A stretch of DNA of 64,000 nucleotides from Octopus vulgaris (Eukaryota), in assembly GCA_951406725.2 (NCBI GenBank), contig OX597828.1, forward strand, positions 25,172,001-25,236,000, read 5' to 3'. Position numbers and translations under genes: made by a program. Shown piece after piece: positions 51,079 to 64,000 of the stretch (the stretch's first letter is position 1; each line of letters opens with the position of its first letter). Under the pieces are notes generated by a model. That model was given only the letters and a program-made list of their open reading frames with translations. It was not told where the DNA came from and searched no databases.

Positions 51079-52819
51079 ATATCTCATAAAGAGCTCCACA
51101 AAGCAGCCATTTTCAACCAAGTCACTTTATAAGAAAAAGGGTTTATTTATTTATTTATTTTGTGTGTGTGTGTTCCTATTCTACAAATAGATGGCTTGAG
51201 AGTCTACCCCATTATCTTGGGTAGAAGAAATCTTTGTTTTTAAATTTTCATATGCATTTGAAAATAGCTGCTTCAAAAGAGCTAGAAGAGATGTCAACCA
51301 GAATAATAGTAATAGTAATGTCAGCAAACATGAGTCCCAAATTATTTAAAAAAATAAAATAATCCTACAGTCAGGTGGATTTCCAAGCTTATATACTTAC
51401 ACAAGTACATTAGAAAACAAAAAAAGAACAATGTTAAGAATGTTAATTTGAATCAAGAAATGTTGTGGGTTTGAAAAAGAAGTAACTCTATTTGAGTCAG
51501 CTTGAGGTAAAGGAGAAAGTACAAGGTATATCACAGAAGATAATGGCTCCAATGCTCTTTGAAAGAGGTATTGGTAGAAAACTGGCTTGACAGATGTGAT
51601 GGGATGTGAACTTCATTGACTGAATCGAGGAATATGGAAGCATATTCCTGGTTTAAAAAAAAAAAAAAATTTTACATGATTTGGCAAAGAGATTAGTAGA
51701 GCTTGTGTGCTTGATGCTTTCCCACAGGCTTTTGCTATATTACATGAGTCTCAGAAACACTGGGACCATAGCCAGATTGTTAAATAAACCCTTAGCTTGT
51801 CATCACTTTTGCGTCACACTGCAGATACATGGTAAACATGGGAATGACCTGCAACAACATGTCAAATAGGTTGGCAACAGTTTTGGAGAACCCACTTAGC
51901 AGGCAACCTATAGCAGATGTGGCCAGAGTCACAGTGTATCCTGATTCTACAAAATGGTGATTTGTCACTCCCATGTGGGTGGGCTGCCTTTGTATACAAA
52001 ACTTTTTAAGTTGTCTTAATTCATTATAGGGTCTTTTGGCACAATAAAGAAAGGAATAGAGAATAGACTTAATAAAAAAAAAAAAAAAATTTAGACAAAA
52101 TATTATGATTATTTATATATTTTACTAAGTATACTATGTATTCATTCATGTGTTTTAGAGCTTAGGATAAATTTCATATTTTTTTTGTGCAATCATTTGA
52201 AGAAAATGACGATTTTTCATTCTCTCTTTCCATAAAAAAAAAACATATCTATTATCAAAAACAGTATTCTTAACTTAATATTAACCCCCAAGAATCCTGT
52301 ACCTTCTTTTATATACCTTCTCAGCATTCATCTGATACATTATTCTTTATGGTCCAGTTCCAGAAAATAACTTAACTATATCGTCTATTAAGCTCTTAAT
52401 TGACAAACTCCTTTTAACTTGACTTAACAATATATTGATTCCTATGACCCACTTTCAAAATAAACTTTTCTTATAAAGTCTAAAATAGAAACTAAATAAA
52501 GTCTGTTGATCCATTCCAGTTTGCTACACATTAAGGGCTTCTATTTATTATTGTAACCTATTTATTCATTAAAATTACAAACAGAATAATAGAAACTAAT
52601 TTAAACACATGTTGGTTTTAGTGAAAAACATTTTTAATAAATAAAATAATCATATTAAATTTTAAATGGTTTCCATTTGAAAATAAGATTTATTGCTGTA
52701 GTTTGTTTCTCTGTAATATTTATTTCCTCTGTTGTCTCTGTCCGTATTTGCATTTAAAAAATATATATATTTCTAATAGAAAGTATGAATATTATAATAC
52801 TACATTCTACATCTCATTT

Positions 52820-53206
52820 GGCTGGAAGCACTCCGTCAGTTACGACGACGAGGGTTCCGGTTGATCCGAATCAACGGAACAGCCTGCTTGTGAAATTAAC
52901 GTGTAAGTGGCTGAGCACTCCACAGACACGTGTACCCTTAACGTAGTTCTCGGGGATATTCAGCGTGACACAGAGAGTGACAAGGCCGGCCCTTTGAAAT
53001 ACAGGTACAACAGAAACAGGAAGTAAGAGTGAGAGAAAGTTGTGGTGAAAGAGTACAGCAGGGATCACCACCATCCCCTGCCGGAGCCTCATGGAGCTTT
53101 AGGTGTTTTCGCTCAATAAACACTCACAACGCCCGGTCTGGGAATCGAAACCGCGATCCTATGACCGCGAGTCCGCTGCCCTAACCACTGGGCCATTGCG
53201 CCTCCA
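52820..53206 (-). mobile_element. Young tRNA-derived SINE (third family) with perfect 13-bp TSD
   Basis: Minus head tggaggcgcaatggcccagtggttagggcagcggactcgcggtc..ggtttcgattcc (A and B boxes). TSD ctacatctcattt at 52807-52819 and 53207-53219. CpGs retained. Confidence 0.92.
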
Positions 53207-54268
53207 CTACATCTCATTTACTTGTTATAAAATACTCGATTTCTTTTGAGTTATTTGTTACACGTTAATGATGATATGAGATGCATGTTGGCCTATTAGG
53301 TCTTCAATTTGTTAAATACGAATGAGAGTGAGAAAAATTATTTTAGAATCTTTAAATCTCAACTAATCATCAACTTTTATTGAATTGATTTGAGAAACAA
53401 AACTGGTTTTAATTTTGTAAAAGAGGGAAGAATCAATATTTGCTGAACTGAAGCCACTATTTTAATGGAATTTCTTGTTGTCATAACATCTAAACCAGCT
53501 GGTTATTTATTCTCCTGATATCTAAAGACAAAATATTGGAATATAAAAATAGAGAAAAATAAGTTTAGAGTTGGCCTTGAAATTTTAATTATTTGTGAGA
53601 ATGACAATATATGAATTTTGTTAATCCTGTTTTTAGCTTAATAGTATTATTTTATATCCAAGAGTAATTCTTTGGAGTTCATCTACAATAATATGCTGTT
53701 TGACCAATTCCTAAACATGACAATGTATTGTATTTCATCTACATTGCCTGATGCCATTGGAAAATGGAAGAAGGTCACAATTTTTCTCATATTTCCATAT
53801 TACATCTTCAGATTGCAAAAGTGGCACCTGAAAATACCATCTCTTTTATTTTGGTGTTGTGTATTATTATACTTCATTTATGTCATAGAATTATTCAAAA
53901 TTAAAGACTTTCCATTTTTAAAATGTAACCTTTCCCTTTGTTTACCTTTCTTAAATGTCATTTCTGTCATGAATTATCCTACAATTTCTTTTGCTTTACA
54001 TATTATTAATCTATGTATAAGATTTTGGATTTTATCATATACCATCACATCAAAGTCTTTATTCTTAATCTTATCTTTCAGAGGTCCATAAATCCCAAGC
54101 GTAGTCTAATTTTGTCTTAGCATTGATATCAGCCACTTAGGTAGAACTGTATTACTGGCAAATCATTCTATTGATTATTAAATACAATACAACCATGGAT
54201 TAACCACCTACATTTTGGGCTGTCTAATAGGTTTATCCAATTTTATGTGGAATTAGTTTACTCTTTAG

Positions 54269-54295
54269 CAGGATAACAGACTTTGTTTGACTGAG
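54269..54295 (+). other. Candidate 24/27-nt microexon with NAGNAG acceptor
   Basis: tttactctttag|cag|gataacagactttgtttgactgag|gtgagt. Only phase 0 is stop-free: (Q)DNRLCLTE. Confidence 0.25.
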
Positions 54296-55214
54296 GTGAG
54301 TCGATCAATGTTTTGGTCTAAGGTTATTCACCTACTTATCAATTGTCATTTAGCTCAATTGATTTCAGAATTGATCTCAGCTGATATACATTTAATATTA
54401 CATGTTGCATATCTTACAAATTAGGATCTGTTAAAATATAAACATTTTATCATGTATTATCACTTACAATTAGTTTAAATTGAATACCATTCTACAGTGA
54501 AATTGTAACTTGAAATTTTTTTACACACTATGTAAAAACAGTTTTGATATAAAAATAAATGCAATAATTTTGGAATGTATACAATTCAAGATATGTATTC
54601 CAAAATTATCACTTCTATTTTTTATATTTAATATTTGTTATATTCAATATCCAAAATGGATGTCTTTTACATGTAGGTGCTGAATTCTAATGCATGTTCA
54701 ATAATATAAGATAAATGTAGAACTAAACAATTCCAAAGTCCTGAGGTAAAGTTTTCAGATTCCCAAATCCATTCTTGAATCTTCAATTGAATAGGACAGT
54801 GATCTCTCACAGATTACATTCTCAGAAGATTTGGTACCTATACCCCATTGGCTAGTTTAACTGACATAAAGTAGAATTACTGAGATAATGAAAGCTAATG
54901 TAGAAATAAGTACAAAATAATGCACCTGCAGTAGAATTGAACTTGAGATACTGAATGAAAATGTGAACATTATGTCAGTGGAATTTCATTTAAATCTTCT
55001 CACATTTTGTAAAATCTTACACTTGAAAAACACTTCAGATTTGCTTCTATAAACAAGTATCACCTTCTGTTCATTTCAAAATAGTTTAATGTCTTATTAT
55101 TTCATGCAATATAACTATTTTATTAGTCTTTTGGTTAATGAAAGCATTTTTTAAATGTATTTTATAATGTTCTTTCATTTTAATTTATCTATTTTCTGTT
55201 TTATTTTTTCCCAG

Positions 55215-55279
55215 AATATATTTCATATATGGTGTACTTACCAGAGGAATAAACAACATAGCAATTCATTTTATTTATA
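55215..55279 (+). other. Candidate 65-nt exon
   Basis: Strong acceptor ttttctgttttattttttcccag| and donor |gtaagt. Product not recognisable. Confidence 0.3.
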
Positions 55280-56987
55280 GTAAGTATTGTTTTAAATTTT
55301 TAATTGATTTCATATCACTTGTAGATGACACATAGTTGATAATAAAACTTCATTATTCACTGAAGTGCAATCAGTGTCATAGGTATTAGAGATGGTGGAT
55401 CAGATAATGGAGAATGTGAGTGGGGCTGATGATAGTAGTGACTGGATACTGCAGAAGTGGTATGTGTATGCATGCAAGTGTCTGTAGGAACAGGCACAAA
55501 AGGATGGTCCAAGAATGGGCTTATTGAGACCTACATAGTGCAAAACACGGAAATAGAAAATGAGTTTAATTTCAAAATTTTGCTTATTTTCACAATAAAT
55601 TATCTCAAACATTTAGGCATGTAAAAGAAAGGAAATTGTCTTCTGTGGATCAATTTACTATAATATATGATTAACTTGAATTGTGTTTTCTCCATTGTCT
55701 TGTTTTTATATATTAATTGGGTAATGGGCAGATATCTGCTTTTGGTTCAATACCCTAAGAATTGAAATTTCAATCCTACTGGGGTCGGTTTTACTTTGTA
55801 TACATCTGCTGCTGTGTTGATACAATAGATACTAGCTTCTAGGTAACACACGTTCTTTGTTTACCTAGCTTTGGAATAAATAAGAAAGCAAGCCTTGATG
55901 AACCAGTCTCTTAATTAGAGGTAGTTCTGTCTGTCGTTTGTCTAACTTTATAGAAACATCTTTTAATACTAGCTCTGTAAAGGATTATTCAGGATATTGG
56001 ATTAAGCAATTATACCAGTGTACCCACAACACTGCTTAAACATGTAGATATAATTAGTCTGTTAACCTTACTTTATGTTATTGGTGTTTAGTTGCCAGGT
56101 GAGCTCTGGTTGAACAAACCTATGAAAGAGGTGGCCAGTTGAATAATTAGGCGCAATCCACGTTTTATGCTTTATTGCAGTTATGTACTCAATGTTTCAA
56201 TTAGTAATCTCTCCAGTTGTGAATAGGAGTATATAAGAAAGGATTGTCTGAAAAGGAGAACATTAGTGTTTAGAACATTTTGGAAGTGGAGAAAAAATAA
56301 GAGAGAAAACTTCTTGTTAATAAGCTATTTAAATTATCACTTACATTTTTTTTTAATGTTAATGTTGAAGAGATAATATCAATATGTAGAATTGAGATTA
56401 AATTCCATTGAAGAAAACCAGAAATACTATCCAAAAATAACCAAGCTTAAATTCTCTTAAATGTATAATAATTATAACTTTCAATATCCAATTGGAAACA
56501 AAAAACATTTATATACAGTCTTTGAAAAACAATATTTGTAGAATACCACCTCTACAGGGGTAACTTTTATAAAATATTTTATATATTTTTCATTGCTAAT
56601 TGCAGTGTGCCTTTAAATAGCTTTCTTTTCTCATCTCCACAATAAAACTAAATGCAAATCATTGATTTTTTTTCACAAAAATTTCAAATTTTTAAATTTT
56701 ATTTTATCTAACTTCATTTTGTTTTAATTTTTATCTTAATTGGATTTACTTTCTTTTTACAAATACTTTAATTAAATGTTATATTTATTTCTGTAAAATT
56801 GAAAGTGTAATAAGTGTATGAAAAGTGGAGTGGTTTTCAGAGCAGAATAGAAAGCATTTAAAAGGATGACTAAAATTAGTATAATCAAGTTTTTATTTTA
56901 TAGAAAAACAAGAGATGGCTATGTGAATGTAAATGTAAAAGATAAGAAGAGTTTGACAATCAAATTTATAGCTTTATCAATAACATA

Positions 56988-57197
56988 TACTCTTTTACTC
57001 TTTTTACTCATTTACTTGTTTCAGTCATTTACTGTGGCCATGCTGGAGCAGCGCCTTTAGTCGAGCAATCGACCCTAGGACTTATTTTTTGTAAGCCTAG
57101 TACTTATTGTATCAGTATCTTTTGCTGAACCGCTAAGTTACGGGGGTGTAAATGCACCAGCATCGGTTGTCAAGCGATGTTGGGGGGGGGGGGACAA

Positions 57198-57250
<53 letters not shown>

Positions 57251-57415
57251 CATATATACGATGGGCTTCTTTCAGTTTCCGTCTACCAAATCCACTCATA
57301 AGGCTTTGGTCGGCCAGAGGCTATAGTAGAAAACGCTTGTCTAAAGTGCCACACAGTGGGACTGAACCCGGAACTATGTGGTTCGTAAGCAAGCTACTTA
57401 CCACACAGCCACTCC
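56988..57415 (-). mobile_element. Full-length CORE-like tRNA SINE
   Basis: Reverse complement of 17264-17648, including the internal microsatellite and tail. Confidence 0.9.
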
Positions 57416-57929
57416 TATATACATAGGTGTTAGTATACATTATAATGCTGTGTTTAGCAAAAAGGAAAGGTAATTGGATAAAGGACATTTCTGGTTGTCT
57501 GAATATAAAATAAATATATAAATACGTATTTTTCTGTTTTTATGTCAAGTTATAATAAAAAAAATAATTTAACCTTTTGACCTGTTAGCCTTTGTCAGAC
57601 TGTGTAACGAAGTTACACTACTCACCTATGTAGTTAATTTGGTATTTCCTACATTGCTGGAAAACATTCTTGGAAGTTGTATATAGTTTGTTTTTATTGA
57701 TGTTTTTGCCCCAAGACACAGAGTCTCATATTTATAAGGGAGGAGAAATGTTAAGTGTTGCCTTTCAGGCTTTTCTGAAATTTAAACTTATGTAAAATAA
57801 CTTCAATCTAGCTGGGAGTTGACTTTTTAGCATTGACTGCATAATTTTTGTATTTTGAAAGAATATTTTAAATTTTAATTTCCATTGGATCACTACATAG
57901 TAGATAGGTGATGCCTATATTGATGTTTA

Positions 57930-58160
57930 GGTGGTGAGCTGGCAGAAACATTAGCGCGACGGTCGAAATGCTTAGCGATATTTCGTCTGCCGTTACGTTC
58001 AGAGTTCGAATTACGCCGAGGTCGACTTTACCTTTCATCCTTTCGGGGTTGATAAATTAAGTACCAGTCACGCACTGGGATCGATGTAATCGACTTAATC
58101 CCTTTGTCTGTCCTTGTTTGTCCCCTCTATGTTTAGCTCCTTGTGGGCAATAAAGAAATA
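57930..58160 (+). mobile_element. Meta-like SINE, tail type C, 14-bp TSD
   Basis: TSD tatattgatgttta (57916-29) / tatattggtgttta (58161-74). Confidence 0.9.
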
Positions 58161-59125
58161 TATATTGGTGTTTACATGCTAACGTGCATGTATCTTTAAT
58201 TGGTGGTTGCATTTCATGTTCAAGGATGTATGAAATCACCGTTAAAAACAAATCAGGTTAAAAAAGTTTATATTGTGATTAGTTTTGTAAGGCATCGTAT
58301 AGGCATTTCATGCATTATAAGCTTGTGAAATATAAAATGAAGGAAATGTGCTGAGGTGTAATCATTAGGCCGTCATTATGAAGTGTAATCATTATGACCA
58401 TCATGGGGAAACCTGAGATAATGTAATGTAGATTTAACCAAATCCTTGTTACACTGAAGTGGTCTAAGCAGAGTAATCATGAAGTAATTGAATTATAGAT
58501 ACAGCTGATGCAGAGTATAGAAGATCCTACAAAAGAATGTTAAGTTAATAAGCCTGAGAAGTGAGCAGTTTAGAGTATTAGAGGCAACTATTATCTAGTA
58601 ATTTTAGTATATCATGTTTTCTATGAGTACATGAACTAATATCACAACACACCAGTCTCTCTATCTCTCTCTCACACACACACACTGGTGTCAATAAGTC
58701 CTCCCAAAACAAAGACAAACCGTCTTCCCAAATATACTTCAATTGAATATTTTTCTAGCTTTGAAAATTGAGCGTTTAAGAAAATGTGGATAATAGGGAA
58801 TTAGTAAGGGTGTTTTATTGTAAGGTATTAATTACCCTTGAGTGTCAATTGAAGGTGGTTTCTGTTCGTATTACATTCATAAGTTCAGGATAAATAATAT
58901 TGATATGAATCACTGCAATGTAATGCACAACTGCTGCATGGCTGTAATTTTTTGAAAATCCTATTTTATATCCATTCTGTATATGCTTGAATGAAAATGA
59001 TACTTCAAAACTTGATCATTTGTATACTATTAAAACTTGTACAGTTGGATGCTGTTCCTAATGCAAACAATAAGTGTTAGGTTTATCTTGGGAAGGTCAT
59101 TTTGCCAATAATAAACACTGGTTAG

Positions 59126-59343
59126 AAGGCGGCGAGCTGGCAGAAACATTAGCATGCTGGGCAAAATGCTTAGTGGTATTTTGTCTATCTTTACGTTCTG
59201 AGTTCAAATTCTGCCAAGGTTGACTTTGCCTTTCATCCTTTCGGGGTCGATAAGTTAAGTACCAGTTGCGTACTGGATTGATCTAATCAACTGGCCCCCT
59301 CCCCCAAAATTTCGGACCTTGTGCCTAGAGTACAAAAAAGTAG
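59126..59343 (+). mobile_element. Meta-like SINE, tail type B, 13-bp TSD
   Basis: TSD aaacactggttag at 59113-59125 and 59344-59356. Confidence 0.9.
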
Positions 59344-61536
59344 AAACACTGGTTAGCCAAGCAGGTTAAGGTTTGCTGAAGTACAAAAGCAATGTAACAA
59401 AGTTTGAATTATTTCTTAATGTACTCTTAATAAACCTTATTTTTGTTAGCATACACACAAATTAATTTGTTCCTATTCATACAGAATAAAAATGGCTGCA
59501 ATTGTTTTATCATCTTCAACATAACTTTTGTGAAATCTTTTGCAAATGGTTTTTAGGTAGGTCAGCCAATGAGAATAATGTTTTCCATTAGATATTCAAC
59601 ATCTGTTAAACCAAAGTGCTCATGCTAGCTAGCATGAAAAATAGATGGTGGGGAACCCAGAAAATATTCCATTGAATGAATAAAACTGCAGCAACATTAT
59701 AATATTTCCTGTAATCTTTAACTTATTTCTTTGTTAACTATTAAAATGTCAGGAAGTATTTTTGAGACTGTTAGAAAACAATGAAGTGTTTAACAATAAT
59801 AAGGAAGACCAAAAAAAAAACAACATAATATAAACAAGAAATTGTTTAGATTTGTTGAAACTTATGTTAATGAAAATTGCAGATTGAAGTACATTTTTGT
59901 GTTTTGTAAAAACTTTTAGATTACAAAAGTAATTAGTGGTGATATAGCATGATTTTAAAGCAAGATACTTTTTATTCAATGAAAACTTACTAGTGATTTA
60001 GTACTGAAAATGCTGTGTATGAACTGTTTCTGATGGCTCTTGATAAACTATCTAAGCAAGATTATGTATTACAACTTGCTGTCTTTGACATAGAAAGCTA
60101 ATTTCTTTTATGTATCAGTATTGTACCCTTTTATTGTATGCGTGTAGACAATTAAATTCATTGTGAAAATTACTCTGTCACTTGTTTAACAAATACAGTA
60201 AAAATTGTTATGCTAGTTGTATGAAGTTCTTAAGAAGCAGATTCTGTAATGTAGACTAAATTCGTGGTTAAGACAAGTGTGAATTTAAACCATAGACAAT
60301 ACCTAGGAATGGGATGGCCTCCACTTGAATGACTTCTGTTTTTCAGTTACATAGACATTACATGAATTGATGATTAAACCATACCCATTCAGGGTTATGG
60401 AACATTTTTGTTGCAGAACAGATCTATTTTTGTTACTAAACATCAGTTGTCTTCTAGTTTTCTGCAATGAAAGTAGGTAGAGAAATACTTCCTTCTTGTA
60501 AACTATGTATAAAGTTGGTGCTAATACCATGTAACATAACCCCGTTCTTTGATTTATTTGTCCTGTGATTGCTATTACTTTACCTTTAAATCAGAATGTA
60601 TCTTCTAAAATATTGGAAGCATAAAATATTACCAAAAAAAAAAAAAGAAGTGCAAAAATATTTCAGTGTATAACTCATTCTAGCATGGAAAATAGACATA
60701 AGACAAAAATATTTCCTTTCTCTATGATTTTAGCTTTTTGGTTTTCACTTATTCTTTTACCTCTGCGAATATGAACATTTACATTTAGACAGAAGAGAAA
60801 TAAAAACAAAAACAAAAACAAAAAAACGAATTACCTTTGAAATATTTATTACTCACAATGTTAGTTTTATGCTTGTAATAGGAAATTCTTTACTATATCT
60901 GGAAATGTACTCATGCATTCACCTAACATAGGAGAGGTTTATTGGAGCATAATGTTTCAGAACAGCTGTTCATAAATAGATTGGAAATATCTACACCTTT
61001 GCTTTGTTGGAAGGTTCTCATATCACTACAATAATTAGATTTTTGCCCAGTTTATTGGGGAAAGTGTTTTTAAATTATGCTGTTTTTCTTTTAATTGATT
61101 ACTCTTGTGCTATTGTTCATCATTCTCTCTCTTTCTCTTTCTAATATGTGCGTGTATTATTTACTTTATATATTTATATAAATGTCTGAGATAAATTATT
61201 GTTAATGCAATTATCAACTTTTTTGGATTATTAACCTCATCTTTAGAGAGGGAACATTTGTTTAAATATTTACACAATGTTTCAATCAGTTTGGTCAGTG
61301 ATCACTATCAAATATCTTGTTCCTGATTATGCACATAGTACCAGACAGAAGTCAAACTTGGATTTTTTATTCCTAAATTAATGGCAGTATTGCTCTTGAC
61401 CAGTCAGTATACTACTATTATATACCAAATATTTGTTTTGGGAATTTTTACAGGTCTGTATTGAGCTCCCTGTTCTGTGTGTGTCTGTGTAGTTTAGCCC
61501 AACAACACCATATGAATCTGAAGGACTAAAAATAAA

Positions 61537-62074
61537 TCTATATATATAAAACTGTAGTTGTGTGAGTGTCTGTCCCCTTCGATTTAGATTCCTAACTACT
61601 CCCACATTTTGCGGTGCAGTTTAACCAAAACCGCAAAACCGGGTATCCTATAGTCGTGATTCATATCAAGTCCGCCTGGGTATTAGCGCGCGTCTACGAT
61701 GAGTCTACGATTTCAAAAATAATTTAACATCATTTTTTATTCCATTTTAATGCATATTTTTTCGTGTGTCGATGGCGGCGGAGTTGGCGTCCATGGTCAC
61801 ACCTGCACCTTGTTGCTTCTCCCCCTTCTTCCCTCCCTCGTGAAGCTGTGGGGAAGGGAGTGTAAGGAAATCAATGTCGTAAAGCGTTGTCAAGGAGACC
61901 AGCGTTCTTTTAGAACAACGACTTCATGGCTTGAAGACACTGAGTCAACGATTTAAAAAAAAATTACCATCATTTTTTATTTCATTTTTAATGCATTTTT
62001 TTGCTATAACTCTCTAAAAATGCTTTATAGTTATTTCCCTTACAAACCCGAGCAACGCCGGGCGATACTGCTAG
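61537..62074 (+). mobile_element. Non-autonomous Helitron (538 bp)
   Basis: 5' end a|TCTATATATATAAAAC. 3' hairpin cccgagcaacgccggg (62047-62), then CTAG|t. Internal ~60-bp direct repeat at ~61701 and ~61942. Confidence 0.9.
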
Positions 62075-62494
62075 TTTAGAATATTTGAAAACTTTAACTG
62101 AGAGCTGAAATTAAAAGAATATAAACATTCATTCTATTCATTTCAGTGTTGGGGAAAAGGTTGGGGGAAGATTTCCGAAAGATTGTTTTGCAGTATATTG
62201 ACTGTTCATTGGAAGAACTGTACTCAATTTTCTTTCTTTCCCTGATCAAAAGCTCAGAAACACAGAATTTTAGTTGCCACAGTAGTGGAAAGCTTAATTT
62301 GAATATATTATATATTTGCTTTAGGCTGGCTCATCATTAACAACATATTTTATGCACAACAGTTCAGTGTGTATCTGAAAAGAACTGAAAATAAATTTAA
62401 ATATTTGAAAGCCTTAATTGTGAGATGAAATTATAAGATTGGTAACACACACACATTACACTTTTAAGTGCTTTAAAAAACGAAAAAGAGGAGA

Positions 62495-62544
62495 GATTCC
62501 TGATAGACTGTTTTGAATTTTATTGGCTACTCATCAGAGGAACC
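62495..62544 (-). ncRNA. Decayed type I hammerhead ribozyme
   Basis: Minus strand reads ggttcct-CTGATGA-g..c-AAAA(for GAAA)-cagtcta-TC-aggaatc. The 7-bp stem I is intact and G12 is lost. Confidence 0.45.
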
Positions 62545-63374
62545 ATACCCAATTTCTTTCTTTTTCTTTCCTTAACTCAAAGCATAGACTGTTTCTGTAC
62601 ACATAAACTCCCCCCCCCTCAACACACACACACATTTCTGGCATTCAGAGGCATGGTGCTAGAGTAATCAGTCTTGCATGACTGGATTGGCCAGGCAAGA
62701 TGGTGCCTGTAGGGTGACTTTTTAACGTTTGATCAAGTAGGTGGTGGAGTCAAGGCATGGATGGGAATTGCAGGCACTAGTTTGGGTGAAGCCAAGCATG
62801 GATGTAGATAGATCTCAGTAGTGATAGCAAGCATTTTAATGAGAATTTCAAAGAATAGGACAGGAAAGGGTTCAATGTCAACAACAATTGAGCAAAGAAG
62901 CAGCTATTTATTTCAGTATGTGGTATAATTTTATTTTCAAGCACCTCTTCAGATTAGCTGTACTTATGTACCACTATGAATGTGTTGTGTGTGTATACAT
63001 ACACACGCACATATTGGTTATCAGATCAAGGAATTTCTTGGCATTCCTAACAAGCATCTTCCATTCATCTGTCATCCATGACATTTTTACACTCTTGGCT
63101 AGTACATCCAGTGTCATCTAACGATTGATGTAGTGTTTTTTACTACCTCTTCCCTATTTACCATGAGGTTTCCACAGTTAAGGTTCAGTCACTAACTCCT
63201 CCTTCTTATGCCAGCTGTGATCAACATAAAAACATCCATCCAATGTCTATTTTCCATGCTGGAATGGTTGGACAGTTGGTTGAACTGGATCCGGCAAGTT
63301 GAACGGGCTGCATTGTATTCTACATACATATATGGTTGAGAAACTTGCTTCCCAACTACATAGTTCTGCATTTA

Positions 63375-64000
63375 TCATCATCATCATCATCGTTTAACGT
63401 CCATTTTCCATGCTTGCACGAGTTGGACGGTTCGACCGGGGTCTGGAAAGCCAGGAGGCTGCACCAGGCTCCAGTCTGATCTGGCAGTTTTTCTACAGCT
63501 GGATGTCCTTCCTAATGCCAGTCACTCCGTGAGTGTAATGGGTGCTTTTTACATGCCAGCGGCACAGGGGCCAGAGGAGGCTGGCAGTGGCCATGATCGG
63601 TTGGTGCTTTTTACATGCCACCAGCATGGTAGCCAGCCAAGGCGGCGCTGGCATCGGCCATGTTCGGGTGGTGCTTTTACGTGCCACCAGCACGAGTATC
63701 ACAAAAACAATTTCCATTTGATTTTTATTTTGATGTTGATGTAGTTGACTCAATAGATCTCCTCAAACACAGCAGGTCGCCCCACGATCCAAGGTAAGCG
63801 CAGCAGGCCATCCTGCAATCCAAGGTACTTTGAATGGGCTGGGGCTGGTTGTGTGAAGCTGGTGTAGGATACAGCCATGAAATCACTTTATTCGTCGAGT
63901 CTTTGCAGTCACAGCATATCTCCAGAGGTCCCGGTCTTTTGTCATTGCCTCTGTGAGGCCCAACGTTCGAAGGTCATGCTTGACCACCTCATCCCATGCC
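63375..64000 (-). mobile_element. RTE-clade LINE 3' end (same subfamily as 1880-2900)
   Basis: (CAT)n tail and shared 3'UTR modules. Continues beyond the window end. Confidence 0.9.

Noticed and set aside
53130-53206. tRNA gene
   Set aside because: It is the tRNA-derived head of a 387-bp SINE bounded by a TSD.
53672-54091. 139-aa hydrophobic ORF
   Set aside because: Low-complexity AT-rich translation with a non-ATG start and no recognisable motif.

Overview
Eukaryotic, AT-rich, repeat-dense DNA. The SINE/LINE/MITE repertoire and (TA)n/(CA)n load point to a coleoid cephalopod, probably Octopus (inference, not a database result). No intact host protein-coding gene is recognisable, and nearly all ORFs in the track are transposon remnants or microsatellite artefacts. 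Mobile elements include degenerate CR1-type, RTE, Tx1/L1-type and Penelope-like retroelements, a probable solo LTR, three tRNA-derived SINE families (several with 13-15 bp TSDs, plus two head-to-tail arrays), two complete non-autonomous Helitrons, a Tigger/pogo remnant, a piggyBac-type MITE and other inverted-repeat elements. A CpG-retaining region at about 16-25 kb may hold a divergent promoter with short non-coding exons. The most notable signal is a set of hammerhead-ribozyme motifs unlinked to any Penelope ORF: one apparently intact type I hammerhead (17165-17238), one minimal hammerhead with a U3-A8 compensatory core (33864-33914), two cores inside a ~334-bp palindrome (41400-41733) and one decayed copy (62495-62544). 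Also notable are a PHD-finger spacing inside an RTE reverse transcriptase, SINE tails shared with local LINEs, and a pri-miRNA-like hairpin (19405-19509).
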